From: Candidatus Obscuribacteraceae bacterium
GTDB taxonomy: Bacteria; Cyanobacteriota; Vampirovibrionia; Obscuribacterales; Obscuribacteraceae
Assembly: GCA_044226015.1 (NCBI GenBank)
Contig: JBGAHS010000008.1
Coordinates: 128,001 to 192,000, forward strand
Reading direction: 5' to 3'
Length of the DNA stretch: 64,000 nt
Made by a program: the position numbers and the translations under genes. This document shows positions 11,801-20,917 of the stretch, one piece after another. Under the pieces are notes generated by a model that did no database searches, was not told where the DNA came from, and saw only the letters and a program-made list of their open reading frames with translations. How positions within the stretch are numbered: the stretch's first letter is position 1; the number at the start of each line of letters is the position of its first letter.

Positions 11801-14800
11801 CTAAATCGGCAGTTGATGAGATAGACACATCACCAGCGGTGCGTCGGTTTGTACTACTCACATCTACAACAAGATTGTGCACTATGATACCTTGCCCTGG
11901 AATTGACTCCTTCACAAGAACATTGCTTGTGCCACCACTACCATCAACGGCTCTCAATAATGTCGCCGCAAGGTCAAGATTCCGAACCAAGAGCGTTATG
12001 TTTCCACCTCCCAAGCTGGTTCCAGTGTAGTTGCTGTCTGCGGTGATACTGCCAACTCCCGTAGCACTCACCACTGCCATATCAACATTCTGCGCCGCAA
12101 GTATTAAGTTGCTATCTTGCTGATTTGCAATAACACTCTCGGTATTAAGCACTATTTTTCCTTGCTGACTTCCAGTCGAAATCAAATACTCTGAACCTAT
12201 AGAGATTGAACCTAAAAACGGATTTTCGCTTGAACCGGTAAGAAGCGAGACAGCAGCCCCCTCCGCACCCTTGCCGCTCTCAGCCCGAATTTCATTTAGG
12301 ATTACACCAGTAGACGCTGTTAAGAATTCAAGCAAAGGACTTGACAGAGTTATGTTTCCCGCGTTCGAATTCTTTCCAACTGCAGACGATATCAAGGAAC
12401 CTGAACTTAGTTCTATTTTTGCGGAGCCGTTCAGGTATATTGCACCACCATGTGCACCTATTAGCGACGCGCCGGCTTCTGTTGAAATCACACCATTTCT
12501 AATCACGGTTGAAGCCGTGCTTACATTCAGCTGACCACCATTACCACGTATACCACCCCTCAAAGAAATTACGAGATTCCCAATGCCTTCAACGCTCAAA
12601 GCGCTGGCTGTGATACTGAGTTCTCCACCGTTTCCCTTACTTGCAGGCGCCCCGCTCAAATCAAGTGCGGGCAGCTCGCCCGCCACAAAACTAACACTCT
12701 GCGTCGTGCTTAGGCGCACGTTGGTGCCACTGCCAGCAGTGACACCGTTGCCTCTAATCGCTGCAGACAAGATACGAATGTCTTGCGCAGATTGAATGTT
12801 GACGCCCTCAAGCACATTCGTTGAACTTGACTGAGCAGAAACCGAGATACAACCATTTTGAAATTGCCGGTTGTCTGCAAAGAGAATCTCTCCAGGCTCC
12901 GATTTATTCACGATCAAATTTGCATTTCCGCTACCGGCTTTGTTTCTACCGTCTATTTCCAAGTATAGATAGCCCAAGCTCATAGCAAGATCACCAACGC
13001 CAACTGTAATATTTCCGGCAAACTGTCCCGAGCCACTGCCAGAGGCTGAGAGTCTTACATATGATGACTCTGCGCTTGCACTGTCAGTGTTTTGCATGGT
13101 AGCCACATTAAAATCAATGCTTCCTCCCGATGCATTCTTATTTCCATCCACGATTGCACTCAGACTTCCAGATCCCACCCCTAGCGTCGTACTTGCACTC
13201 AAAGTAATTCGTCCGCCAACACCGCTATTCGAATCAGCAGACAAAATTAGATCACCATCCAGCATAATCTTATGAAAGTTAAAATGAATCGAATTGGAAC
13301 CGTCACCAGTCTTCGAATCGACAGTGATGATGCTGGTCTTCCCCTTTTCCAGAACATACTCAGAACCAGATATCACGACAGTTCCCCCTTGAGCTCCATC
13401 ACCATTAATGATGGCACCACCGCCGTCCACGATACGGTCCCCACTTATTGTAATAGTTCCACCGACTCCACCAATGGTGTTTTTGGCATTTATGGCACTA
13501 TCTACAAAAAATACCTGTGTTGTTCCGGTAATCGAAATCTGTCCTCCAAGACCTTTTGAAGAATTTGCATTAAATTGTGATTGATGAGTTGTTGAACCTA
13601 GCAACAACTCATTTGAATTTAGGGCAATTGCACCTCCAGACCCCGACTGCACAGCGTTAGCAGAAATGTCCCCTTTCATGGTCAATATTTCGCTAACCAC
13701 TAGCGAAACTTTTCCACCGGAACCGTCTACATCCGCTGAAGGCAAAGCACTCGCTTCAAGGATGGTTTGCTCTGACACCAGGAGGTTCATCTTTTCATTG
13801 ACAGACAGTGTTCCACCATTCTTTCCCGTCACACTAAACCGCGTCGGCGATAGTGCACCAAAATCGCTGGAACCAGAAGAATTGGCGATTGTAATTGTCC
13901 CGCCATTTCCGCCTCCAGCGCCTTTCGCAAAAAAGTTTCCATTTAGAAACATCACTGGATTGTTCTGAGTCTCTATTGGCAGCAGTTGCTCCGCTTGAAT
14001 GATGGAAATAGTACCTCCAGAACCGTCTAACCGCGCACTTGCATTGATAGAACTTGTTCTTAAATTGAGGCTTCCATTAGACCATATATCAATGTTGCCT
14101 CCATCTCCCTGTGCGGAGCCGCCGCGGGCGAACAACGAATACTTTGCAGTATCATCTCCTATGAAGATACTGGCGCTGCCATCAGGAGTGCCTGCCGGGA
14201 CTCTCTCAGCGCGTAAGTTGATTGTGCCTCCAGTCCCGTTAGTGCCAGCATCAGCAGTCACGTTACCATTCAGGTAAAGGCTTCCGTTGCTCGAAATCGG
14301 ACCTGAAAATGATGCAACGGACGCTAAGGCACCTATTCCGCCGCCATCATCTCCCTCGGTGAAATAGGAATTCAAGATGACACGACCGCCATCCCCAGCT
14401 CCCTTTCCATCGGCATGAAGACTACCATTAACAACAAGGTCTCCAGTGAAGGTTGAGTTAGCCATTTTTCCAGCAGACAGCACAAGTGTTCCACCAAGTC
14501 CTTGTTCGCCCCGCACACTTACGTTCAAGGCTGAACCGTTTATTATCAAATCACCTCCCGACTGAATAGCGATATTGCCACCATTTCCGCCGAGCAGACC
14601 GGACCTAGCATATACCTGCGAAACATTGGAACCGGCACCACCTACAGTGAATTGGCTTTTGCCGTTGATTAGAAAAATGCTGCCACCACTTCCCTCGCCT
14701 TTACCATCAACATTCAACGCACCTTTTACAGATAAGGTTCCATCAAATGTCGAATTATTACCATTTGGGTCACCTTGCATTCCAGCTACAAACACTAAAT

Positions 14801-17267
14801 TGCCACCATCACCGGTTTCGCCGCGGGCAGCAGCAGCTACAGCATTTGCATTTACAGTCAAACTGCCGCCAGATTCAACAAAAATACTTCCACCGTTTCC
14901 AGCACTATTGCCAGACTGAGCGCTAACGGAGGAAACACCTCCTAAAACACCCAACACGAAGTCATTCTGACCATTAACAAGAGTAATGGTACCGCCATTG
15001 CCATTACCATTTCCATCGGCATTCAGTGGGCCAACCACAACAAGTTTGTTGTTTGGGTCTAGCGAGCTTGCATCGAGGGTTATGGCACCACCATTACCGT
15101 TAATACCGGCAGTAACTGAAAATCTATCACTAGAGATAGACAATCCGGAACCAGATTTGATGAAAACTGCACCACCATCGCCAGATTCGCCACCATTTGC
15201 ACTTAATTGCACTTTAGATGTAGCAACAGCTAAACTTTCGTTGCCCACTAACTTAATTCCACCACCGCTTCCCGTTCCCAAGCCATTACAGCTTATTGCT
15301 AGTTCACTTGCAACCAAAGTCTGAGCGTAAATGTTAACCGAACCTCCTTGTCGATCGACATGCTCAGCATCTCCATTGACGGTTACGTTGCCTAGGTCAA
15401 TAGTGCCATTAGCCGCCGAAAGTTCTAGATAACCAGAAGAGCACGTTATCTGACCACCGGTATACGAAATATTTCCTGCAAGGGAAGTCGCGTTGAAATA
15501 GGAACCAAACCCCAGGGAATTTGGCGCCGAAATATTTCCAATATTTATGTTTCCAATCGAGAAGATTAAGGTTGAGGCTGAACTAACAACAATAGAACCA
15601 ATGGAAATAGTACTTCCCTGAATTCTATTATCAGATTGATAAAAACCATCAAACACCCTCCCTGCATTACTAATTGAACCAATCTTTACTCCGTCTTTGG
15701 CCAGAACCCACATTCGTCCGCCAGCTCCTAAGAGGCTATCTGCGGTTATTGAACCACCGCCTGCATCCAGCAAAGTGTCTCGGGCGCCAATAATACTAGC
15801 AATGTTTATATCGCCAGGGTTTGTCCCGGGTTGATGAAGATCACCAATAAGATCGCCGCCTGCTCTAACAGATACCGTTCCTTCAGGGCTCGAAATCGTA
15901 TTCGCAGTGACGCTATGCTTGGCGAACAATCCAACTGAAAAATCGATTAGCCCCTGTGCTTCTCCATTTGGTGGGAAATAGCTAGGTTTATAGCTAGAGG
16001 AAATGCTAGCAGGAACGACTAGATTACCACCATTCGCATCTAGCGAAATTGTTCCTTTGGAGGTGATCGAAGTGATACCACTCAGGTCAATATTTCGGCC
16101 TGCCTCATAAATTATGTCGCCAAAACCACCGACTATCTGGGTACACGAGATATTTATGATATCCCGCTCGGAAAGCACGATCAGTGGAGCGTTGGTGTTG
16201 CCAGTCTTTTCGTCTTTAATCAAAAACACGTCAAGACCGCTATGAATGATTGGGTCTCCGGTAAGTCTAAATTCTCCCAGGTTCAGGGAGCTATTTGCAG
16301 TTACAGCGACGTCCCCCCCGTATATGTCCAAAATGGGCAGGCTAATGTCATTAACGGAGACTGTAATAATGCCGTCGCCAGAATTGATCACCAGATTCTT
16401 AGCAAAGAAGTCACCACCGATAATATCAGTATTAAACTTATCGACAAAGGATGCATCTCTAAAATTGATGGCTCCGTTGAGCGCTTGTACTATTCCATTT
16501 GTGTTATTAAGTAAGATGGATTGGACCGAACCAGCACTTACGTTTGCGAATGTAACATTCGCCTGAGCACTACTGATGGTGCCTGAGTTAATCACTTCTG
16601 GAGCAAGAAAGTTAACCGACTGAATTGCTGAAATAGTCGGTCGAACATTAGGGCTGATACCATCCGGCAAGGCATTAATAATCCGCTGAGCAGTTAGGGA
16701 AAGAGCGCCTGAAGAGGAGATTGTTCCAGCATTTAATATGGAATTGGAGGCAATCAATGATAAGGACAGAGAACTATTATATGGAGTGCTTCCCGAAATC
16801 TCTGATGGAGGCAGATGAGTTGAAATGAGAGCGCCAGGAGCGTTGTAAATATTCTGAGCCTTAACAACGACATTGTGTATATTCTGATTTGAGCTTACAA
16901 AATAGAGCGATGATAGATTGACCAGGTTTGATGCGCCCAAGTTAAGTGTCGCATTAGAGAGACTGCTTACATCTATTATTGTGCTCGTCAAATTTGTGGA
17001 ATTGGCGCCGCTGAGAATAGACGCTATCACTGAAGCCGGTATCGTTCCCGGTGGCAGTGTCGTGCCCGCTGGCACCGATGGTGCAGCTTTGAGAATTCTA
17101 TAACTTGCAGGAGAAGGCGCAATAGCTCCTGGTCGAGGAGGTGAAATCGGCGCCGCTAGCGACACATTGTTCAGGAGAACGCTCTGCGCGAGAGATAAAA
17201 CTACAGTCCGTTTTCCCAAAATCCATAGGTTTCCAAATATATGAGCGACTGACCGACGTGCGAGCAT
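8829..17267 (-). CDS. Large secreted haemagglutinin-like / beta-helix repeat exoprotein (2812 aa) with a distinct C-terminal domain
   Basis: Signal-like N-terminus (...VLLNNVSLA|AP); long G/S/N/I-rich region with recurring G(N/D)GGx(I/V)x(I/L) turns; charged ~195-aa C-terminus. Confidence 0.85.
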   Translation of the reverse strand: MLARRSVAHIFGNLWILGKRTVVLSLAQSVLLNNVSLAAPISPPRPGAIAPSPASYRILKAAPSVPAGTTLPPGTIPASVIASILSGANSTNLTSTIIDVSSLSNATLNLGASNLVNLSSLYFVSSNQNIHNVVVKAQNIYNAPGALISTHLPPSEISGSTPYNSSLSLSLIASNSILNAGTISSSGALSLTAQRIINALPDGISPNVRPTISAIQSVNFLAPEVINSGTISSAQANVTFANVSAGSVQSILLNNTNGIVQALNGAINFRDASFVDKFNTDIIGGDFFAKNLVINSGDGIITVSVNDISLPILDIYGGDVAVTANSSLNLGEFRLTGDPIIHSGLDVFLIKDEKTGNTNAPLIVLSERDIINISCTQIVGGFGDIIYEAGRNIDLSGITSITSKGTISLDANGGNLVVPASISSSYKPSYFPPNGEAQGLIDFSVGLFAKHSVTANTISSPEGTVSVRAGGDLIGDLHQPGTNPGDINIASIIGARDTLLDAGGGSITADSLLGAGGRMWVLAKDGVKIGSISNAGRVFDGFYQSDNRIQGSTISIGSIVVSSASTLIFSIGNINIGNISAPNSLGFGSYFNATSLAGNISYTGGQITCSSGYLELSAANGTIDLGNVTVNGDAEHVDRQGGSVNIYAQTLVASELAISCNGLGTGSGGGIKLVGNESLAVATSKVQLSANGGESGDGGAVFIKSGSGLSISSDRFSVTAGINGNGGAITLDASSLDPNNKLVVVGPLNADGNGNGNGGTITLVNGQNDFVLGVLGGVSSVSAQSGNSAGNGGSIFVESGGSLTVNANAVAAAARGETGDGGNLVFVAGMQGDPNGNNSTFDGTLSVKGALNVDGKGEGSGGSIFLINGKSQFTVGGAGSNVSQVYARSGLLGGNGGNIAIQSGGDLIINGSALNVSVRGEQGLGGTLVLSAGKMANSTFTGDLVVNGSLHADGKGAGDGGRVILNSYFTEGDDGGGIGALASVASFSGPISSNGSLYLNGNVTADAGTNGTGGTINLRAERVPAGTPDGSASIFIGDDTAKYSLFARGGSAQGDGGNIDIWSNGSLNLRTSSINASARLDGSGGTISIIQAEQLLPIETQNNPVMFLNGNFFAKGAGGGNGGTITIANSSGSSDFGALSPTRFSVTGKNGGTLSVNEKMNLLVSEQTILEASALPSADVDGSGGKVSLVVSEILTMKGDISANAVQSGSGGAIALNSNELLLGSTTHQSQFNANSSKGLGGQISITGTTQVFFVDSAINAKNTIGGVGGTITISGDRIVDGGGAIINGDGAQGGTVVISGSEYVLEKGKTSIITVDSKTGDGSNSIHFNFHKIMLDGDLILSADSNSGVGGRITLSASTTLGVGSGSLSAIVDGNKNASGGSIDFNVATMQNTDSASAESSYVRLSASGSGSGQFAGNITVGVGDLAMSLGYLYLEIDGRNKAGSGNANLIVNKSEPGEILFADNRQFQNGCISVSAQSSSTNVLEGVNIQSAQDIRILSAAIRGNGVTAGSGTNVRLSTTQSVSFVAGELPALDLSGAPASKGNGGELSITASALSVEGIGNLVISLRGGIRGNGGQLNVSTASTVIRNGVISTEAGASLIGAHGGAIYLNGSAKIELSSGSLISSAVGKNSNAGNITLSSPLLEFLTASTGVILNEIRAESGKGAEGAAVSLLTGSSENPFLGSISIGSEYLISTGSQQGKIVLNTESVIANQQDSNLILAAQNVDMAVVSATGVGSITADSNYTGTSLGGGNITLLVRNLDLAATLLRAVDGSGGTSNVLVKESIPGQGIIVHNLVVDVSSTNRRTAGDVSISSTADLELKNGSITGVAGTGGKVNISSPQGKLTLDGFRIESSKLGFIKLEASTIQQDGQVEIFADSVSNNPGGTVIIRSLSSGQDLNLGGEGKNLIVTADGGWTNRTEPSILIESAGKLDIGQSSISSSSKYNSPATKGGWVKLVSKGADLVTNSSEISANGNDGLIDVDSGGNITIDVGSSLNARGVNKDALGAQITLNTPLQSGRVDINGAILANSTTIQCASVNTKDETINSAKLQLNGASSLKANLQGRIIGSIYVDAPSSINLEFGGNATSIDVSHASSNEIRISEIPQQGVVFTLNLVSDPTSSNKVLLDSVGTVTLSAGSLNLGFQPGKEPAASSALGSNFTSVRAQKLDINQTGALDGTSRPPSVRFGANLQGNSISITAKTNILEYGPVTRLPQLQSNSITLSAEGSIGLGRFPIQTEGSALRLEVSFSGIFYVENKGNTELRTNGGVVGVLNLVSYGSIDLPLPLGTGAKDALSEVSLKTLSASDVLQTTITSNGIKSSASIEIETALSGDIINASNYISTGRLILTSTSGNVHGGTLTVGQPLAHVPLSGTLGGIEFDFTTLPFYAPYVVDAKVIDVSTGRGGLSQDGSVGTGGNVYVYNTSSSSSVARLNAGASLRLESAGFGDMRIAGPVSLSGPAVIDSLNGNIRFANGSILAGGDTVISAAALLSASKSQINTVRGNLEIIAGTRVSLDASVVNAVGAGEDNKGNVYFGIAGQQGSNTSLATNQDNIVVQGTVLWGTKTDSKGNSKPVVTGVGSTNFLNGLNRQVVFDANQLQSFVLKNGSQVGAFDAIPIAFSEFVYDSKLYNLDDDRLQIWTEDLHARAFHHRRQGTHFENGTFYFYAKRNQEIYVGSRVKLSVKGGSFLQICASPIGISVCNLADQSRDSVKVKIGGMQVCLNPGHMLFSKPPGGSTSIRQERTLKGDLHIAELSIPSLLMGEKTLRRVLNVRENKYLKTHVLKTAAAIAMLSNNRGAYAKKVESEGK
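13900..15300 (-). repeat. About four degenerate ~100-aa internal repeats in the 2812-aa protein
   Basis: GDGGAVFIKSGSGLSI, GNGGSIFVESGGSLTV, GNGGNIAIQSGGDLII, GDGGNIDIWSNGSLNL, each followed by a G-x-(L/F)-x-(A/V)-(D/K)-G-x-G-x-G-x-GG motif; boundaries approximate. Confidence 0.7.
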
Positions 17268-17692
17268 TTGGCTGACCCCCGTTAACCAAAACTTGCCAAC
17301 AAAAGCTCCTGGAGCGCAACCCTACTTGGCTGACTCACAGGAAACATTCATAGTAAAAACATCATACCCTTTGAGTAGCTCGGAGCGTTTGACACTAAAC
17401 GTCTCCCAGCAGACTGAAATAAGTGTCCAGCAAAGGGAACACCAATTTTCGGCATCCCGAGAATTTTATGTGAAATTTTGAGGACTTGTCATTTCTTGAA
17501 GGTTAATACGCTATTTCGTGTAACTCTTACAATCATTCAAGTTTCCATTCCGCACTCAACGCAGGAGAAGAGAACAAAGGATAGATTTTAGGAAAATAAG
17601 ACTCTGGTTGTGCAACATGTTCCAGATAAAACCGACCTTGAGCAACCGATTTGGCGCCTATGAAACTTGAGCAAGAACCTTCATCAGAATGT

Positions 17693-20600
17693 TTATGCCA
17701 CATTCTGCAAGGCTGAGCGTGACTGAGTGCTGCCGTTGCTTTTTCTTCGCAAGGAAAGGAATTGTGCAACTATAACAAGCAGCAGTAAGAAAATAGAGCC
17801 AGCTAGAAGCTGGCAGCCTAATGCAAACAAGCGCGGTTTGTAGCTGAAGACGACTATGTGTTTACCGGCAGGCAATTCTATCGCGCGGAACATGTGATTA
17901 GCTGCATAGATTTTGCTCTCTTTGCCATCAACTTCAGCGTGCCAATCAGGATAGAACGTATCGTTCAACACAAGAACGCATGCTTGCTTATTTTCGGCGA
18001 TAATAGATACTGAATCAGCACTTGAATCGAGAATTCTAGCGCGACCAATACTCCTGTTCTGAATCGATTTCGATGAGCCTGAATTAGCTGAGCTTGTTTT
18101 AGCTGAGCTTGCTTTAGCCGAGCTTGCTTTAGCCGAGCTTGATTCAGCCGAACCGAATTCAACTGAGCCCGTAATTGCTGAACCTGATTTAGACAAGCCT
18201 GAATTAGATAAGCCCGTTTCAGCTGAGCTCGAATTTAGTGAGCCTGACTTAGTAGTTAATTTTCCTGTGGGATCTTCCAGGACTGTGACCATGACTCCTT
18301 GTTTCAGCCCCTTCTCCAACGCAGCCAGAGACTCATCGACAGTACGCACTACCTGAAACTCTTGTGACAAATAAACGCGTGGCAACGACCTCTCGTTCTC
18401 ATAAACAAACAAGGGACCCGGTAAGGTGGCTATTTTCTTGAACTGATCGCTGCGTCCCTCAACAAGTTCGCGAGGTACGACAATACCAGGAGTGCTGCCA
18501 GTCTTAGCGGCGTCGAGTACTTTAGCTGACCAGTTGTCTCTGACAAACAAGCGTGCTTCAGCATCAGGATTCACGGGCTCCGCAAGAGCAACATTGAAGT
18601 GCATGCGATACTTATGCTCACCACATTTGGTGCCGACTTCCTCTATACGATCGTTCAACCACCTGATTGGCTGTAAGACGATCCCAGCCTTATCGGTAAC
18701 AGCAAGAACTGCAGAGTAGTGACCTTCTGCGAATTTGTGGACTGTAAAGCTGGCGTCAACAAAATATTGCTTGCTCTGCGGTTCGTAGTAACCTCTAAGT
18801 TCATCAAGCCTGACACCGTCAGCTAGTTTAAATGGAACCGCCAGAGTGTTTTGCCCGGATGCGCTCAGCGCCGATTGCGAAGCGCTCTTAAGTCCATCAT
18901 CCTTGAGTTCCGAAGCAACCGGCTCACTTTTTGAAGAACCAGCAACTTGTTTCCTGCTTGCGATAGAATCGTCACGCTCGCTGCTTGCAGCAGAAGTTCC
19001 ATGTTTCCTGCTTGCGACAGAATCGCCATGCTTGCTGCTTGCAACAAGAGTTCCATGCTTGCTGCTTGCAACAAGAGTTCCATGCTTGCTGCTTGCAACA
19101 GGAGTTCCAGGCTTGCTTGCAGCAAGAGGCTTGAAAGATGAATTGGCCCGCTCCAGTGCGCGGTCGCTCAGAATGTACCTCACAGATGCAAGGTCAAAAA
19201 TCGCGTTCATTTCCACGGGCGACTCAGGAATGGTGCAGAACTTTGCTCCGGCATTTCCAAGTTTCAAATACTCAGTATAACGCGAGGGAAACAGTGGGGC
19301 TGTCGCACGAAAATCAGTTGTTCCATAAACCAGATTTGTATTCGGCTGAAATATATTGTAGCCAGTTGCAACTATGCGCCCATTCAGCGTTTGCAAATAC
19401 CTGGTCACTTCATTTTCTTGATATTGAAAGTGTTCGCGAGGTCCCATTTCAGTGGGAACAAGCGTAATCAACAAAATCGAATTTGACAGAACCAGCAATG
19501 TAGCAACGTAGAGACGAAAGCGCTCAAACCGTCCTACAACAAAAACAGCAGCGCACGCAAACGCGAGCACCGCTAGAGAGCCGAGCACAAAAGGTAGAGT
19601 CTGCAAGTTCTCAAAGAAATAGCTGGTCAATTTTGGCAGCAAGGTGTTAAGGGTAGGTAGCTGCCAAACGAGCACCAGAAGTGCATAGATAAGGGCAGCT
19701 CCAAACACCAGTCGTCGTCTGGACGCAGCCACATGCTTAGCAGAAACGAACTCATCCAGCCCGGCGGCGCCACAAAGACAAGCTAACAAAATTGCTGCAT
19801 ACAGAGTATATTCAGGCAACAAAAACGCAAACGGTTTTACGCTGAGCAATTGTTCCAGAAACAATGGGCGTACGCTGAACAAAGAGATCAGCACAAACAA
19901 CCCGAGCAATAAACGCTCCTTTTTCGCCCAGAGCGAAAGCCCAAGCGGCAACATGACACCAAGAACAAGACCTATGTATGCGCTTCCAGAGCCTGCTGGA
20001 ATGACCATGCTCAAAAGGTAATTGGACCACTGCATGTGTTCGATGTCATGGCTGGCAAACTTGTAAGAGGCACCATTACTAATGAATTCAACGAGCGGAA
20101 GCACCACAGGTGCAGCAGCGCAGAACGCCACTGTCGCAATGTAGCCAATCCACAAGCTGGCTTTGAGCACCGACTTCAGCGCACTTGTATTGCTCTGCTG
20201 CATCAGCTTTATGCCAGCTATAGCAGCAGCAAGCACTGCTCCGCAGGCGAAGGTTTCGGGATGCATATTGTATGCTGTTGCAGCTGTTAGAAGACCAGCA
20301 AGAGTGGCACGTAACAGGCTTGGTTTCGAGGCAAACCAAACGAATGAAAGTGAGAGCCATGGGTAAAAACAGTAGTTGTTTACCAGCTCGTTGAAGCGCA
20401 AACAGTGCGGACAAAGCGCAAAAGCCAGCGCAGCAGCCAGCGACGACATTCTGGAGAGCGACCAGGTGCGAGCTAAAAAGTAAGTGCCGGCAGCGCTGAT
20501 AAAGACTTTGAAGACAAGCCCGAGGTTGTACAGATATTCAGAATTGGCAGGAAAAACTTGGTGGAAGAAAGAGAATGGCAGCGTTTGGAATTCGGCGAGA

Positions 20601-20908
20601 AAGGGACGCCCAGCTCCATTAAGAGGGTTCCATAAAGGAAGGTCACCACTGTTTTGATATCGAGCGAAGTACTCATTAGGCACGTGTGCCATCGATGTAC
20701 TGAGGTCGTCGGTGATGCACCACGGGGCGCAGAGTTCGGGTGCCTGAACCGCATCCATGACCTTAAGCAGGCAGATTTTCGACACAGGCACGCCATCAAA
20801 GATGGTGCCATGAAACGGAATCAACACGAAAAAGGCAAGCAAGAAAAATACGGCTAAATCGACCGCAAATCCTCGATATTGGTCTCTTTCAAGCGCAGTT
20901 CCTTTCAC
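17693..20908 (-). CDS. YfhO-like GT-C membrane glycosyltransferase (paralog 2)
   Basis: PLWNPLNGAGRP, LLPEY, FQPNTNLVYG, C-terminal LNDTFYPDWHAEVDGK...LPAGKHIVVFSYKP; colinear with paralogs 1 and 3. Confidence 0.87.
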   Translation of the reverse strand: MKGTALERDQYRGFAVDLAVFFLLAFFVLIPFHGTIFDGVPVSKICLLKVMDAVQAPELCAPWCITDDLSTSMAHVPNEYFARYQNSGDLPLWNPLNGAGRPFLAEFQTLPFSFFHQVFPANSEYLYNLGLVFKVFISAAGTYFLARTWSLSRMSSLAAALAFALCPHCLRFNELVNNYCFYPWLSLSFVWFASKPSLLRATLAGLLTAATAYNMHPETFACGAVLAAAIAGIKLMQQSNTSALKSVLKASLWIGYIATVAFCAAAPVVLPLVEFISNGASYKFASHDIEHMQWSNYLLSMVIPAGSGSAYIGLVLGVMLPLGLSLWAKKERLLLGLFVLISLFSVRPLFLEQLLSVKPFAFLLPEYTLYAAILLACLCGAAGLDEFVSAKHVAASRRRLVFGAALIYALLVLVWQLPTLNTLLPKLTSYFFENLQTLPFVLGSLAVLAFACAAVFVVGRFERFRLYVATLLVLSNSILLITLVPTEMGPREHFQYQENEVTRYLQTLNGRIVATGYNIFQPNTNLVYGTTDFRATAPLFPSRYTEYLKLGNAGAKFCTIPESPVEMNAIFDLASVRYILSDRALERANSSFKPLAASKPGTPVASSKHGTLVASSKHGTLVASSKHGDSVASRKHGTSAASSERDDSIASRKQVAGSSKSEPVASELKDDGLKSASQSALSASGQNTLAVPFKLADGVRLDELRGYYEPQSKQYFVDASFTVHKFAEGHYSAVLAVTDKAGIVLQPIRWLNDRIEEVGTKCGEHKYRMHFNVALAEPVNPDAEARLFVRDNWSAKVLDAAKTGSTPGIVVPRELVEGRSDQFKKIATLPGPLFVYENERSLPRVYLSQEFQVVRTVDESLAALEKGLKQGVMVTVLEDPTGKLTTKSGSLNSSSAETGLSNSGLSKSGSAITGSVEFGSAESSSAKASSAKASSAKTSSANSGSSKSIQNRSIGRARILDSSADSVSIIAENKQACVLVLNDTFYPDWHAEVDGKESKIYAANHMFRAIELPAGKHIVVFSYKPRLFALGCQLLAGSIFLLLLVIVAQFLSLRRKSNGSTQSRSALQNVA
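18065..18244 (-). repeat. In-frame 15-bp tandem repeat, 12 degenerate units (GSLNS...SSAKA SSAKA SSAKT SSANS GSSKS)
   Basis: Near-identical core agctgagcttgtttt/agctgagcttgcttt/agccgagcttgcttt/agccgagcttgattc; the 5-aa periodicity continues on both sides. Confidence 0.85.
18935..19123 (-). repeat. In-frame 27-bp tandem repeat, 7 units (ASSKHGTLV-like)
   Basis: Units AASKPGTPV/ASSKHGTLV/ASSKHGTLV/ASSKHGDSV/ASRKHGTSA/ASSERDDSI/ASRKQVAGS; two are identical at DNA level. Confidence 0.9.
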
Positions 20909-20917
20909 AATGCCACA

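Noticed and set aside
8929..17103. Short plus-strand ORFs within the 2812-aa gene
   Set aside because: Antisense shadows with no recognisable motifs
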